Source: Chrysochromulina tobinii
Taxonomy: Eukaryota
Reading direction: 5' to 3'
Length of the DNA: 43,255 nucleotides
NCBI GenBank assembly: GCA_001275005.1
Contig: JWZX01002618.1
Location: 1-43,255, forward strand
Part shown: positions 11,306 through 21,309 of the stretch, piece after piece
Position numbering within the stretch: position 1 is the first letter of the stretch
Layout of the letters: the number at the start of each line of letters is the position of its first letter
Program-made: the position numbers and the translations under genes
Notes under the pieces: generated by a model
The model's database searches: none
The model's input: the letters and a program-made list of their open reading frames with translations, nothing else
Told to the model about the DNA's origin: nothing

Positions 11306-12751
11306 GGCCGCCTTCGGAATGGAAGCACGCGCGGGGATTGAAACCCTCGAGCGTGCCCCTGCGTGGTCGGAAGCACCCCGCCTCGTGCGGACATATGGTG
11401 TAAGGTTCTCACGCTCACATTCCAGATCAAAGGCTGCTGAGCCCGGCGAGCTCCGCTCGCTGTGCGGCTCGCGGCGCCAACGCATATCTCATAGCCTCGA
11501 ATCAGCCGCTCTGGCCATGAAGATGGAGGAAAACCATGCGGTGGACAGTCCATATCCCTTTCCGTCCCTTGCCGTGGCGTGGCCTACTCTCTGCCCTTTG
11601 CTACCTGTATGCTACTGCACACCGCGCCCCTGCAATGACTGATTCCGGCGCGTGTCATTGCTCCTGCAGGCGTGGTGCGCTGTGTGTACACGCTTTACGG
11701 CTTCAAGCCTGTAGATCCGAGTCCGAGCCCGGGCAATCCAAAGCAATTTGTTAGGAAAGACCAATCCGGAAACGTGCGGTGTATATTTTCTAAGTTTCCG
11801 CGTTGCGTGCCTCCGAGGAGCGCGCGAGGAACCGGAGGTCCCCAGCGCCGGCGGGGGCCCGCGACGGACGGTAACGACGGAGCCGCGCGAGATCGCGCCG
11901 ATGCCCGCGCGCTCGATTGCGGGTTTTGCGCGGTCGTTATGTTTGGGTGTTTCATTCTCTTTTGAACATTTCATGCTGCGCACATTTGTCAAACGTTTGA
12001 TTGCGGTCACCGTTCTGTCAAAAGAGAGTATGAGACTCCGATCTCCGTCTCGCGCGGCGCCGCGGAGCGCGGACCAACGAGCGTGCGATACGCATATTTG
12101 AACACTGCCACTGGTTTGTGGTTAGTTTTGGTACATCCGTCCGAAGTTTTCAGTGAGTCAAAAGAACTTGCGGTTGCGCGTTGCGCTTGCGCGTTGCGCT
12201 CCCGACCGTGTGCCGAGCGTCCGATACGGCTAATTTTGGTACATAGCAAACATCTTAATTTGGACCAAGAATTTGGGGTAACTGCGATCCCTTTTCTCTG
12301 CACCAACCCTTTCGGTCCGAAGGGGACCATATCGCCAATCCTCGCCTCGGGACAACCTCCGTGTCCTCGTGGTGTGTGGGTTCGAGAGATTCAACATCCC
12401 GTGGCGGCACTTTGGTTCCTTGGTTATGGACCATTCTGTACGGTATACGCACATCGAGGAGCCTGGTCCGTCGCATCGAGCACGTGGGTCGTTGCAAGCT
12501 GCAGTCCTCTCGGCGTGGCAATCAGCAAAGATATTGATATATGGCATGGCCAGAGCCGCGGTCGCGTGCAGCTGCAAAGACTACTCCTCTGCCAAAAACG
12601 TCAGCATCATCAACAAGGGTATGTCCCCCCGTGGGACGCCCCCGTTGAACTTGAGGCAGAGCGTTACATTGAAGCGGAGCGCTTCATGGAAGAGCAGTAG
12701 AAGAGCAGTAGCGCATGGTGGACAAAACCAAAAGAGTCAACAATCCAGCGG

Positions 12752-15211
12752 ATGGCCAAGGGCCATGCTGATGAGGACTCGGTGTCATCCCGCGATCTTC
12801 CTGACACAATTAATGAAGACGAATGGCAGGAATACGCCAAACGGACTTCACTCTTCTTCCCTACTGGTCCGCTCAAGTTCAAGTGGGACTTAGTCATGCT
12901 CGCACTGATCGTGTATTCATGTGTCACCGTGCCCTTTCGAATCGGGATGGATCATGCTGCTGAAGGATGGTGGTGGGTTCTGGAGGTCATCGTTTCACTC
13001 TGCTTCTTGGCCGAAATCTTCATCGTCTTCAACACTGCCTATCTCGAAGGCGACCAGTTGGTGATCAATCGCTGCATGATCTGCGACAACTACTTGCGCG
13101 GCTGGTTTTGGATCGATCTGCCAGCCTCGTTTCCGGTAGAGCTGTTCGAGTACTTCGCGGCAAAAATGCAACAAGTCGACGACGGCTCCTCTGCCAATGC
13201 GATGATTCGCGCACTGCGACTCATGCGCTTGGCGAGGGTACTTCGGTTGCTCAAGCTCCAGTCGTACATCGATGCCGTAGAGGATGGGCTCGGCGTCAAT
13301 TTACGGATGCTCGAGCTCGTAAAGGTGGTGGCAGTGATTCTGTATCTGTGCCACATCCTCGGCTGCTTGTGGTTCTTCCTCGCCGACACGCACGAGGACA
13401 AGGAGAGCACCTGGCTCTATCACTACAATCACGGCTCAGGAGTCGATGCAGACGTGTGGACGCAGTACTTGTACTCGGTCTATTGGTCGCTCACCACACT
13501 CACGACGGTCGGCTACGGCGACATCGTGGCGAAAAACGACGCTGAGCGCTTGTATGCGCTGTGCTGCATGGTCATCGGCGCCATACTCTTTGGCTACCTC
13601 ATGTCCACCGTCGCCGATCTGCTCCGCAGCTACGACATGAACAAGGTGATGATGCAGCGGGGTATCGACGAGGTGCGCGACTTCCTTCGCTATCACAAAT
13701 TTTCGCCTGAGATGACAGGCCGGGTGAAGCGCTACTTTGAGTTTTACCACTCGCAGCGATCGAGCATCGATGAGGAGCACATAATCCAACGCATGGCGCC
13801 GGCGCTCCAGCGTGACGTGCAGTCTCACCTGCTCAAAAGCACAGTGCGCGCTATTCCGCTTTTTTCGGACAGCCGGAGCTACATGACGCTCGACCTGCAG
13901 CTGATGGTGCACTCGGCGCTCAAGCCACTACTTCGGGAGACCAAGGAGATCATTTTGACAAAAAACGATCCCGAGGCAGCCCGGCAGCAGATATTCTTCT
14001 TGCGCCGTGGCGCGGTGGAAGCCATCGCCGACATCCCGGATGTGTGCTACTTTGAGATCGACGCCGCCAAGGAGCTTGGTGCGGTCATCGGAGAGACTGC
14101 GCTCGCGCACAGCCAAAAGCTTGATCGCCGAAACAAGGTCATCCATTCAAACCGGGCGAGCTACGCCACCTTTCGTGCGCTCAGGCGCTGCGAGCTCTAC
14201 GCGCTTGCGCTCACCGACCTGCATCGGATCACGAAAGCCATGATGAACGAGAAAGGAGGAGGCAATCCTGAATCAAATACGCCCAAAATGATCGAGCTGG
14301 AAGAGATGGCCAAACTCATACATGCCCCATACTTGAAGCGCATGTGGGCACGCACCTACATGCTCCTTTTCTTGTCCAATGCCGCGAATCCCGTGGCCAA
14401 ACTCAGGAATGGTAAGCTGGACCGAGTTACATTCGCAGCACTCAGGTTGCAGGCCTACTGGGTAAGGTGCCAAACTCGACGAGCCACACGCGACATGTTT
14501 TTGAAACCGTACGTGGAGCTCCTGCCTGGGCTCATCCCAGTCACATCTCTCTGGGGAAAAGCTCGGGCTGCGATTGGGGGAGTCGGCTCGCGCTCTATGG
14601 TGGAATCGGATGTGACAACCCTCACAACCCTGATCGAGCAGCTGCTCGCCGCTGATCGAGCCAGGGATGCATCTCTCCACAAGATCGCCCAAGGCATTGC
14701 AGAGATCACACAAATTATGAGGCCGGGGAGGTGCGATTTTGATCAGGCACGAGTCACAGAGCGCAGCGCCCATGACACTGGATACAAGGTCAAGCGTCCA
14801 AGCCTGGGGACACTGCGAACGCCGCCGCACAAGCCAGCGTCGCCTGGCGTGGAAGAGAAGCAGCTGAGCGTCCAGCTCCTGCTCCCGGCAGCGTCAGCGG
14901 CGACTCTCGCGGTGGGCGAGCGCTTCACGCCCGGGCGGGAGGAGTACCGGGCAATCAAGGAGACGCATTCGGACTGTGTAATCTGCTTCAAGATGGGCAA
15001 GTTCTACGAGCTCTTTGAGGAGGATGCCGTCCTCGGCCACAGCGAGCTCGACCTCGCCTTCATTGGCAAGGGCGCGCCTCACGTGGGCTTCCCAGAGGCA
15101 GCGCTGCCCATGTACTCCCAGAAGCTCTTTGAGCGCGGGTACAAGGTGGGTGTGGTCTCAGCGGGGGTGTTCGAGCAGATGGAGTCAAGTTCCGATACAT
15201 ATTCGAGCTGA
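12752..15211 (+). CDS. Voltage-gated K+ channel of the CNBD (EAG/HCN/CNG-like) superfamily with a C-terminal MutS domain-I segment
   Basis: S4 RALRLMRLARVLRLLK; pore TLTTVGYGD; C-linker and degenerate CNBD (IFFLRRG...GETAL...ATFRALRRCELYAL); IQ-like AALRLQAYW; then a MutS-I segment. Confidence 0.9.
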   Translation: MAKGHADEDSVSSRDLPDTINEDEWQEYAKRTSLFFPTGPLKFKWDLVMLALIVYSCVTVPFRIGMDHAAEGWWWVLEVIVSLCFLAEIFIVFNTAYLEGDQLVINRCMICDNYLRGWFWIDLPASFPVELFEYFAAKMQQVDDGSSANAMIRALRLMRLARVLRLLKLQSYIDAVEDGLGVNLRMLELVKVVAVILYLCHILGCLWFFLADTHEDKESTWLYHYNHGSGVDADVWTQYLYSVYWSLTTLTTVGYGDIVAKNDAERLYALCCMVIGAILFGYLMSTVADLLRSYDMNKVMMQRGIDEVRDFLRYHKFSPEMTGRVKRYFEFYHSQRSSIDEEHIIQRMAPALQRDVQSHLLKSTVRAIPLFSDSRSYMTLDLQLMVHSALKPLLRETKEIILTKNDPEAARQQIFFLRRGAVEAIADIPDVCYFEIDAAKELGAVIGETALAHSQKLDRRNKVIHSNRASYATFRALRRCELYALALTDLHRITKAMMNEKGGGNPESNTPKMIELEEMAKLIHAPYLKRMWARTYMLLFLSNAANPVAKLRNGKLDRVTFAALRLQAYWVRCQTRRATRDMFLKPYVELLPGLIPVTSLWGKARAAIGGVGSRSMVESDVTTLTTLIEQLLAADRARDASLHKIAQGIAEITQIMRPGRCDFDQARVTERSAHDTGYKVKRPSLGTLRTPPHKPASPGVEEKQLSVQLLLPAASAATLAVGERFTPGREEYRAIKETHSDCVICFKMGKFYELFEEDAVLGHSELDLAFIGKGAPHVGFPEAALPMYSQKLFERGYKVGVVSAGVFEQMESSSDTYSS
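14918..15184 (+). other. MSH6-like MutS domain I (mismatch-binding) segment in frame within the channel ORF
   Basis: FTPGREEYRAIKETHSDCVICFKMGKFYELFEEDAVLGHSELDLAFIGKGAPHVGFPEAALPMYSQKLFERGYKVGVV...EQME matches the MSH6 pattern TPxxxQWWxIK...FxKxGKFYEL...DA...ELxL...HxGFPE...YxxxLxxxGYKV..VEQxE. Confidence 0.9.
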
Positions 15212-15675
15212 TGCACATCACGGAGAGTGAACGAGCCTCGCTAGAAGATGTTAGAAGATCGAGTTAGAAGACTCCTGTTGAATGGCCGGTGCAATGCGCT
15301 ATAGAAGCTCTCGTAACTCGTATATATACGATTCAATTACGATAGTCGCACAGCCGCGAGCCGGTCCCGCGCGCGACGCCCGGGGTCTCTCGCCTCGCCC
15401 GGCCCTAGTCGAGTACTTGCTGCCGCGTGCTGGCTTGCGATAGATGATACTTACACAACTTTCCAATACGTCCATGCTTGATGCTAGAGGGGCCGCCCCG
15501 GCACGAAAAACGAACGATTCACGAGCTCGTATAATTTCCCAAGGAGGGCATGCACCCGTATACCTAATATGACGCTAGTACCTCCCGGACTTCGGAGAGG
15601 CAAAGGGAGCGGAGAACGAGAACGGAAGCCCCTCGCGAGACGCCGTTCCCATGTGTAATGTACGTCAGGTCCGCG

Positions 15676-16590
15676 TCACTCGATCGGTGTGCATTGGGGT
15701 GTGATCTGGAAGGTCTGCGCGGCGGACCAGGTTGCCCCGGGCTCGAGGCTCACCGGCTTGCTCACAGCACCTGCCTCGAGGCAGAGATAATGCTGCCACT
15801 CACCGTCGCCGAGGTCTGCCATGGTGGGTGCCTTGGCCTTGCCGAGGTTCCACATGACGAGGTCGGGGAAGGCCGCTGTCTTGCGCAGCGTGAGCTCCGC
15901 GTAGCCGGGCATCGCCAGCTGCACCACCTCGGGGGCTTCCAGGTAGACACGGTCGACCTCGCCCGCGATGGCCACCTCTTCTGCCTCCTCGATGGCGACG
16001 CTCCCGCCCGCCGTATTGTCCTCGTACTTGAGCCCGCCCAATCCGAGAACTTTGACGGTGGTCACGTCAGGGACCGCAAAGTACGTGTGCAGCGCCGAGG
16101 CAAAGGTGAGCGGTTCGGCGCCTGTGTTCGTGAGCTCCATGGCGGTGGAAAGCGCCTCGCCGGTGAGCGTGATGGCGTAGCGCAGCTCGAATGCGTGCGG
16201 CCAGACCGCGCGCGTGGCCTCCGAGTCCTTGAGGAACAGCACCAGCTTGGTTGCTCCCTCGTCGCTCACCATCTCGGCGATCTCCCACTCGGACGACGTG
16301 CGCACGAAGCCGTGTTTCGGAAGTGAACCGCGCCCCGAGAACTGAGGCCAGCACACGGGAATACCACCGCGGATGGCAGCACCGTCGCCAAATTTGGAGG
16401 CCGACGAGACGAACAGGCGTTCAACGCCGTCGGCTGTCTTCCACGACGTGACGTGGGCGCCGGTCAGGATCACCTCACAGCTCGCGCCGCTAGCCGGGTG
16501 CAAAAGGGTGGCCGTCGGGAGGTCGTTGCGCCCGAGTGCGACATTGATGTTGCCTGCGAGCGGTGTACCGTTCGCCTCCGTTGCAGCCAT
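15676..16590 (-). CDS. Glucose-6-phosphate 1-epimerase (aldose 1-epimerase family, YeaD/YMR099C-like)
   Basis: GAHVTSW, AIRGGIPVCWPQF, KHGFVR, ALHTYF, EVDRVY, WN...MADL, YLCLE. Confidence 0.93.
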   Translation of the reverse strand: MAATEANGTPLAGNINVALGRNDLPTATLLHPASGASCEVILTGAHVTSWKTADGVERLFVSSASKFGDGAAIRGGIPVCWPQFSGRGSLPKHGFVRTSSEWEIAEMVSDEGATKLVLFLKDSEATRAVWPHAFELRYAITLTGEALSTAMELTNTGAEPLTFASALHTYFAVPDVTTVKVLGLGGLKYEDNTAGGSVAIEEAEEVAIAGEVDRVYLEAPEVVQLAMPGYAELTLRKTAAFPDLVMWNLGKAKAPTMADLGDGEWQHYLCLEAGAVSKPVSLEPGATWSAAQTFQITPQCTPIE

Positions 16591-16712
16591 CCCAATGCAC
16601 ACGATGAAGCCGCGGCGCAAAGCAGCGAAAACAGACGGGCAACGAGGCGTCGTCGGAGAAGATCGTGAAGGCGCCGGGAGGAGAGGAGAAGCAGCGAGCG
16701 AAGGTGTTGCTG

Positions 16713-16751
16713 TGAAATGAGACTGAAATGAGACTGAAATGAGACTGAAAT
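16713..16751. repeat. 11-bp tandem repeat TGAAATGAGAC x3.5 in a divergent promoter region
   Basis: Perfect copies at 16713, 16724 and 16735, plus a partial copy at 16746. Confidence 0.9.
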
Positions 16752-16828
16752 CGATTGCGGCCCCCGTGCTTGGAGAGCGTGCGCGTTGTGTGTTATTCAC
16801 AGCAGCAGCACCCACTTGTCAAAAAGCA

Positions 16829-18004
16829 ATGCTGTTCGCGATCTTGGCGGCCGGTCTCCTGCCGCCCCCACCGTCCCGACGTACGACGCAGCTGCCTCTT
16901 CAAAGTACTGGTGCGGCTTTTACACCCTCCTCGAAGTACTGGTGCGGCGTTTGCACAACGGGCACTGAGAAGAAGAAGCAATTTTCGCAGCACCTCGCCG
17001 GAAAACGCCATGCAGAGATGGTCAGTGCAGCAGAGCGGAGTTGGAGCGCGTGGCAAACGAGCCGCTGGCACGATGAACTAGTACCTCGAGAGGCTGTGAC
17101 TGCAGCCTTTTCTATGAACGAGTTCTTGAGCGGCTTGCCGGTGAGGACACGTTCTCAAGGCGGCCCGCGCCAGAGAATTGGGCACGACGGCACTGAGGGT
17201 ATGATTGCACCGCACCTCACAGTCTCAGCCTTGCCCGCCGTGAAGCGCGCACAGCTGTGGCGATATTTGCGCGACCTCATGGGTGATGGGCACGACTCGC
17301 TCCCAGAGCTCGTGGCAGCGGTCGATGACCGCTACCTCCGGGTGAAAGAAATACTCGAGTCAGCCGAAGTTTACCGCCTCGCGCACAAGGCTATCTGGGC
17401 TGCGGGCTACGAGCAGCCCAGCCGAGCCCAGCCAAGCCAAGAGCTGCTGGCCATCGACACGGTCTACGACGTCGCCTGCGGCCACGGCCTCGTAGGGTTG
17501 CTCCTTGCGTATCGCTTCAGAGCACTCCAGGTCGTCTCCGTAGACCTGGTACACCGACCGGCCTTCGACGCGTGGGCGAGCGCGCTGGGGTTGAGCGAGG
17601 AGCCACGGGTGGCCTTCCGGGAGAGATCGTTTGAAGAGGCGATCGACGAGAGGCAGGCGCACGAGCGCGCGCTCGTCCTCTGTGTGCACGGGTGCAACGA
17701 GGTCAATCGCTTGGCGGTGCGCTGTGCGAGGCGCGGCGGTGCGGGGTGGCTGCTGGTTCCCTGCTGCCTGCAAGTGGACGCCTACCTGCCCGCGTCGTAC
17801 TCGGTGCGGCTGTCGGACGAGACGCGGTACGCGCTGCTTTGCGGCGCGATGGCAAGCGAGTATGGGGCTGCGGTCGTGTGGGCGCTCGATAGCCGTATCA
17901 CGGGACGCGGCATCGTCTTAGGCGGAGGGCCGCCGCTCGAGCACGACCGCACTCAAGGCTCGCGTACCAACGAGATCGACAACGAGACCGCAATCCGTAT
18001 ATGA
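16829..18004 (+). CDS. U1/matrin-type C2H2 zinc finger plus SAM-dependent methyltransferase (Methyltransf_32 / METTL25-like)
   Basis: YWCGVC...QFSQHLAGKRH; motif I VYDVACGHGLVG; VHGCNE; LVPCC. The N-terminus is hydrophobic and may be a targeting peptide. Confidence 0.8.
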   Translation: MLFAILAAGLLPPPPSRRTTQLPLQSTGAAFTPSSKYWCGVCTTGTEKKKQFSQHLAGKRHAEMVSAAERSWSAWQTSRWHDELVPREAVTAAFSMNEFLSGLPVRTRSQGGPRQRIGHDGTEGMIAPHLTVSALPAVKRAQLWRYLRDLMGDGHDSLPELVAAVDDRYLRVKEILESAEVYRLAHKAIWAAGYEQPSRAQPSQELLAIDTVYDVACGHGLVGLLLAYRFRALQVVSVDLVHRPAFDAWASALGLSEEPRVAFRERSFEEAIDERQAHERALVLCVHGCNEVNRLAVRCARRGGAGWLLVPCCLQVDAYLPASYSVRLSDETRYALLCGAMASEYGAAVVWALDSRITGRGIVLGGGPPLEHDRTQGSRTNEIDNETAIRI

Positions 18005-18420
18005 TTCAATTTCAATAGAGCGCTAGGGCCCCGTGACTGCTGACTCATGGCATACCGGCGGACGGGAGCCGTGGTGCCGGAATTGACTGCGAATACCGAC
18101 TTGCAAAAGCTGCGATAAAGCAGCCACCGTGCCGGTCCGGGCCCGCTCCCCGGCCGGGACCGCACGGTCGCTCGGTCCGCACACGGGTCACGTCACACCG
18201 CGGCGATGTTATTTCATTTTAACGTCGCGGTCGGACGACCCTATCCCTAAATCACGCAAACGACCCGAGGAGACAGGAGTAACGTAGACCCGAGGTAGTA
18301 CGCTAGACTAAATGAGTTACGCTTCAGAGTCAATCCTGGCACGCGCAGGTACACGCACAGCGGCCAGCGCCCCCGGTTACAGGGCTCAGGGCGTACTCGA
18401 GAGTCGTAACTTGAAAGAAC

Positions 18421-20644
18421 TCAGCGTGCGATGCCGATGGCCTCCCGCCGTCCCACGTCGACGCGCTCAGCAAGGAGCTCAGGAGCAGTTGGCTGATAGC
18501 ACCTGCCTAGCCGTGCGACGCAGGGTGCCGTGGACGCCACCCTCGACCCTAGCGCGAGCTGTAGGAAGATGCCCAAGCTCTGCCGGCGCTTCGGAAAGAG
18601 CATCCTCTCCATCCATTCAAAGTCTTTGCCAGGGCGCGCGTCAGCGTGCTCGTTGAGCTTGGTGACGCCTACCTGGGTGTAGATGCGCTGGAACTCGGCG
18701 TATTGCGCGCGCTGCTCATTCCGGTAGGGCCAGCGCCGCCCAGCCAACTCGATGGCAGTCTCGCTCAGCTCGATGGCAGTCTCGCTCAGCTCGTCGGCGC
18801 TGCTCGACACGACGCCACCTTCGGGACCGCCATTCGGAGGCTGCAGCTGCTGGTGGGCCTCGGCGAGCAGATGGGCGGCGCGCAGCTCCGCCCATCGGAA
18901 CAGCGCGACGTACTGCAGCGGCATCGAAGCCTCCTCCAGCCGTTGGACGTACTTGTGCTCACGCCCGTAGGCCGCCGTGCTGGCGCTGATCGCGTCGGCG
19001 AAGGCGTTGGCGGCCGCGAGGAGCAGCGAAGGCTTCAAAAATTGGGCGGGCCCGCCGGCGAGCTCGCCTGGGAATGCGTACGGCATAGACTCCTCTTCAG
19101 TCACGCCGTGCTCCATGAGCGAAATGTATCTCCGCACGGCGGCGCCGCCGATCGCGCCGTAGTATCCGTCGGTGAACTCTCGGATGGTGCCCTCGGCGTC
19201 GAGGGACGAGTTCCACAGCGCTTTGGCGAGCAAATAGTCCTTGAGCTGCACGAGGTCGCCGCCCTTGGAGTTGTAGTTGCCCTCCTCGAAGACGCCCTTA
19301 ACGCCATGCTCGTGGTACGTGCGCAGGTTGGGCACGAGCGTGTGCACGTTGGCGTACGGCACGAAGTAGCCGTCGAAGTCGGTCGTGTAGTCCCAGACGT
19401 AGATGCGCTGCGTCTTCTGCTTCCAGCCGCGCAGGTCGGCGAGGAACTTGGCATTGTTCGGGTGCGTGAGCGGATGCGCAAAGGTCGCCCTCGAGGGCGC
19501 ACAGCCGTATGATCACGTTCGGGCGCGGCTTCAGCTCGCTCGTGGGCGGTGAGCGCGACCACTGGTAAGCGAGGGTATCGAGGGCCACTTGTGGGAACTC
19601 ATCCCTGATGGCGTCGGCGATGCGATTGACCGCGAGCAGCATGGGCGCGATCTGGGCACCGTGCTTGCGCGCGAGCTCTTGCTCAGCGCGCGACTGGCAG
19701 TAGTTGCCATTGTCCATCTGAGAGACGGAGAGGATGCGGCGCTCGGGCTGCGCCCGCAGCTCTTCACGCACTCGCTCGATTAGGAAGTCGACGAGCGCCG
19801 TAGAGGACCAGCAGAGCTGGCCGTTGGCACCGGCGTACGGCGGGTAGAACCAGTCAGGGTGCTCATGGAACGCGGCGCCCGGGTGTGCGTTCTGGTTCGC
19901 CTCCTCGGCCTCAGCTCTGCTCCGCTGGGCGACGAGGTTGTAAGCCGTATGCACGAATCCGGGCGGGTTGGCGTACCCTACGTGCGAGCCAAGGGCGGCC
20001 GACTGGTTCGAGGTGTCGCCATTGTAGCCCACGCGCGTCGCCCAAGCCGGCGAGAGCAGAATCGCGATCTGGTTGTTGTCGCGGTATTCGAAGTGCGGGC
20101 TCGACTCGCGCCTCACGAAGGCGGGCAGCTGCGACGGGCACTCGGCTGGGACGATGGTCTCGTCGGGGGCGAGGAAGCGGTACCCAAGGTGCTCGAGCAG
20201 CTGGTACGCGGCATACAGCGCGCCGCGGTCGGGGCCACCACTCACGATCGTGCTGCCGCTCGCGGCGAGCAGCGTCGTGTCAAGCAGCGTCGTCTCGCCC
20301 GCCTGCTGCAGCGCATCTGCTGGCGCGCCGAGCGCGAGCGCGGCGCCGCGCCCGACGGCCAGCTGTTGCGTACCGCCCGGCTCCGGCGCGCCGATGTCGA
20401 ACGCGCGGAAAGGGCAAAGCTTCGAGAGGAAGCTCTGCAGCTCCTTGGCTGCCAGCTGCTCCGAGGGTGTGGCATCGGAAGCGAGGGCGATACGCACCGG
20501 GAGGTTGGCAGAGACGCCTTCGACCGGTGGCTGCAGTAGCTGTGGCTGCAGCAGTGCCCGAGCGCTGTGATCCTCGATGACTAAGGGCGATTGGAGCGAG
20601 GACACCAAGGCGATTGGACTGAGTAAGCAGACCCTGATCCACAT
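18421..20644 (-). CDS. Secreted DUF4838-like protein (GH67/GH20-like N-terminus) with a +1 frameshift near 19483-19490; ~740 aa if corrected (or pseudogene)
   Basis: Signal peptide; AAKELQSFL; DRGALYAAYQLLEHLGYRFLAPDET; FEYRD; HPDWF...QLCWS; SVSQMD; TLAYQW...P...PNVIIRLC. Continues in another frame as FAHPL...DLRGW...IYVWDY...GVKGVFEEG...LKDYLLAKALWN...FTDGYYG. Confidence 0.8.
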
Positions 20645-20718
20645 GCAAAGACGAGGCCAGATTTGGGTTTTTCTTCGGGGGGCTTTTTAATTGACCCTGT
20701 CATCACCTACTAGGATTG

Positions 20719-21309
20719 ATGATGTCGGCAAGACGCTTCGTGGCTCCGACGCTTCTCATCTGCGCATCTTCGGCACACGCCCTGCGTTTGCCGACGATCG
20801 CGTCACGCGCCGCAGCTCACGTAGCACTCGCCTGCGGGCTCGCTTGCGGCCCTGCACTCCTCGTACCCGAGGCAGCACTAGCCGTGTCCGGCGGCGGCAA
20901 GGACTACAGTGGCTCGAGCGTCGAGAACCAGGACTTTTCCGGCCAAGTGCTCAGTGGCAAAGAGTTTCGTGGCATTCGCGGCGCGGGCGCCATCTTCAAG
21001 GGCGCCAAGCTCGACTCGACCTCGTTCTTCAAGGCGGATCTATCAAATGCAATCTTCGAGGGGGCTGATCTCTCGGCCGCCTCGCTTGAAGAGGCAGGAC
21101 TCGATGGCGCAAACTTTCAGAATGCGGTCCTTACGTCAGCCTACCTGACGTCCACCATCAGTGATGCTGATAAGATCACCGGCGCCGATTTCAGTGAGGC
21201 CGTCATGCCGCCAAAGACGCAACAATTGCTGTGCGGCCGCGAGGACGCCACTGGCACCAACCCGAAGACGGGCGTGGAGACTCGGGGGTCACTCATGTGC
21301 CCCGATTGA
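20719..21309 (+). CDS. Thylakoid-lumen pentapeptide-repeat protein
   Basis: Tripartite leader ending in AALA; SGGGKDY; A(D/N)(L/F)xx repeats; C-terminal LC...A.GTNPKTGVETRGSLMC. Confidence 0.9.
   Translation: MMSARRFVAPTLLICASSAHALRLPTIASRAAAHVALACGLACGPALLVPEAALAVSGGGKDYSGSSVENQDFSGQVLSGKEFRGIRGAGAIFKGAKLDSTSFFKADLSNAIFEGADLSAASLEEAGLDGANFQNAVLTSAYLTSTISDADKITGADFSEAVMPPKTQQLLCGREDATGTNPKTGVETRGSLMCPD

Noticed and set aside
18748..18793. 21-bp duplication (ELSETAI x2), and a similar 18-bp duplication at ~32153-32188
   Set aside because: Ordinary in-frame slippage duplications in linker regions.
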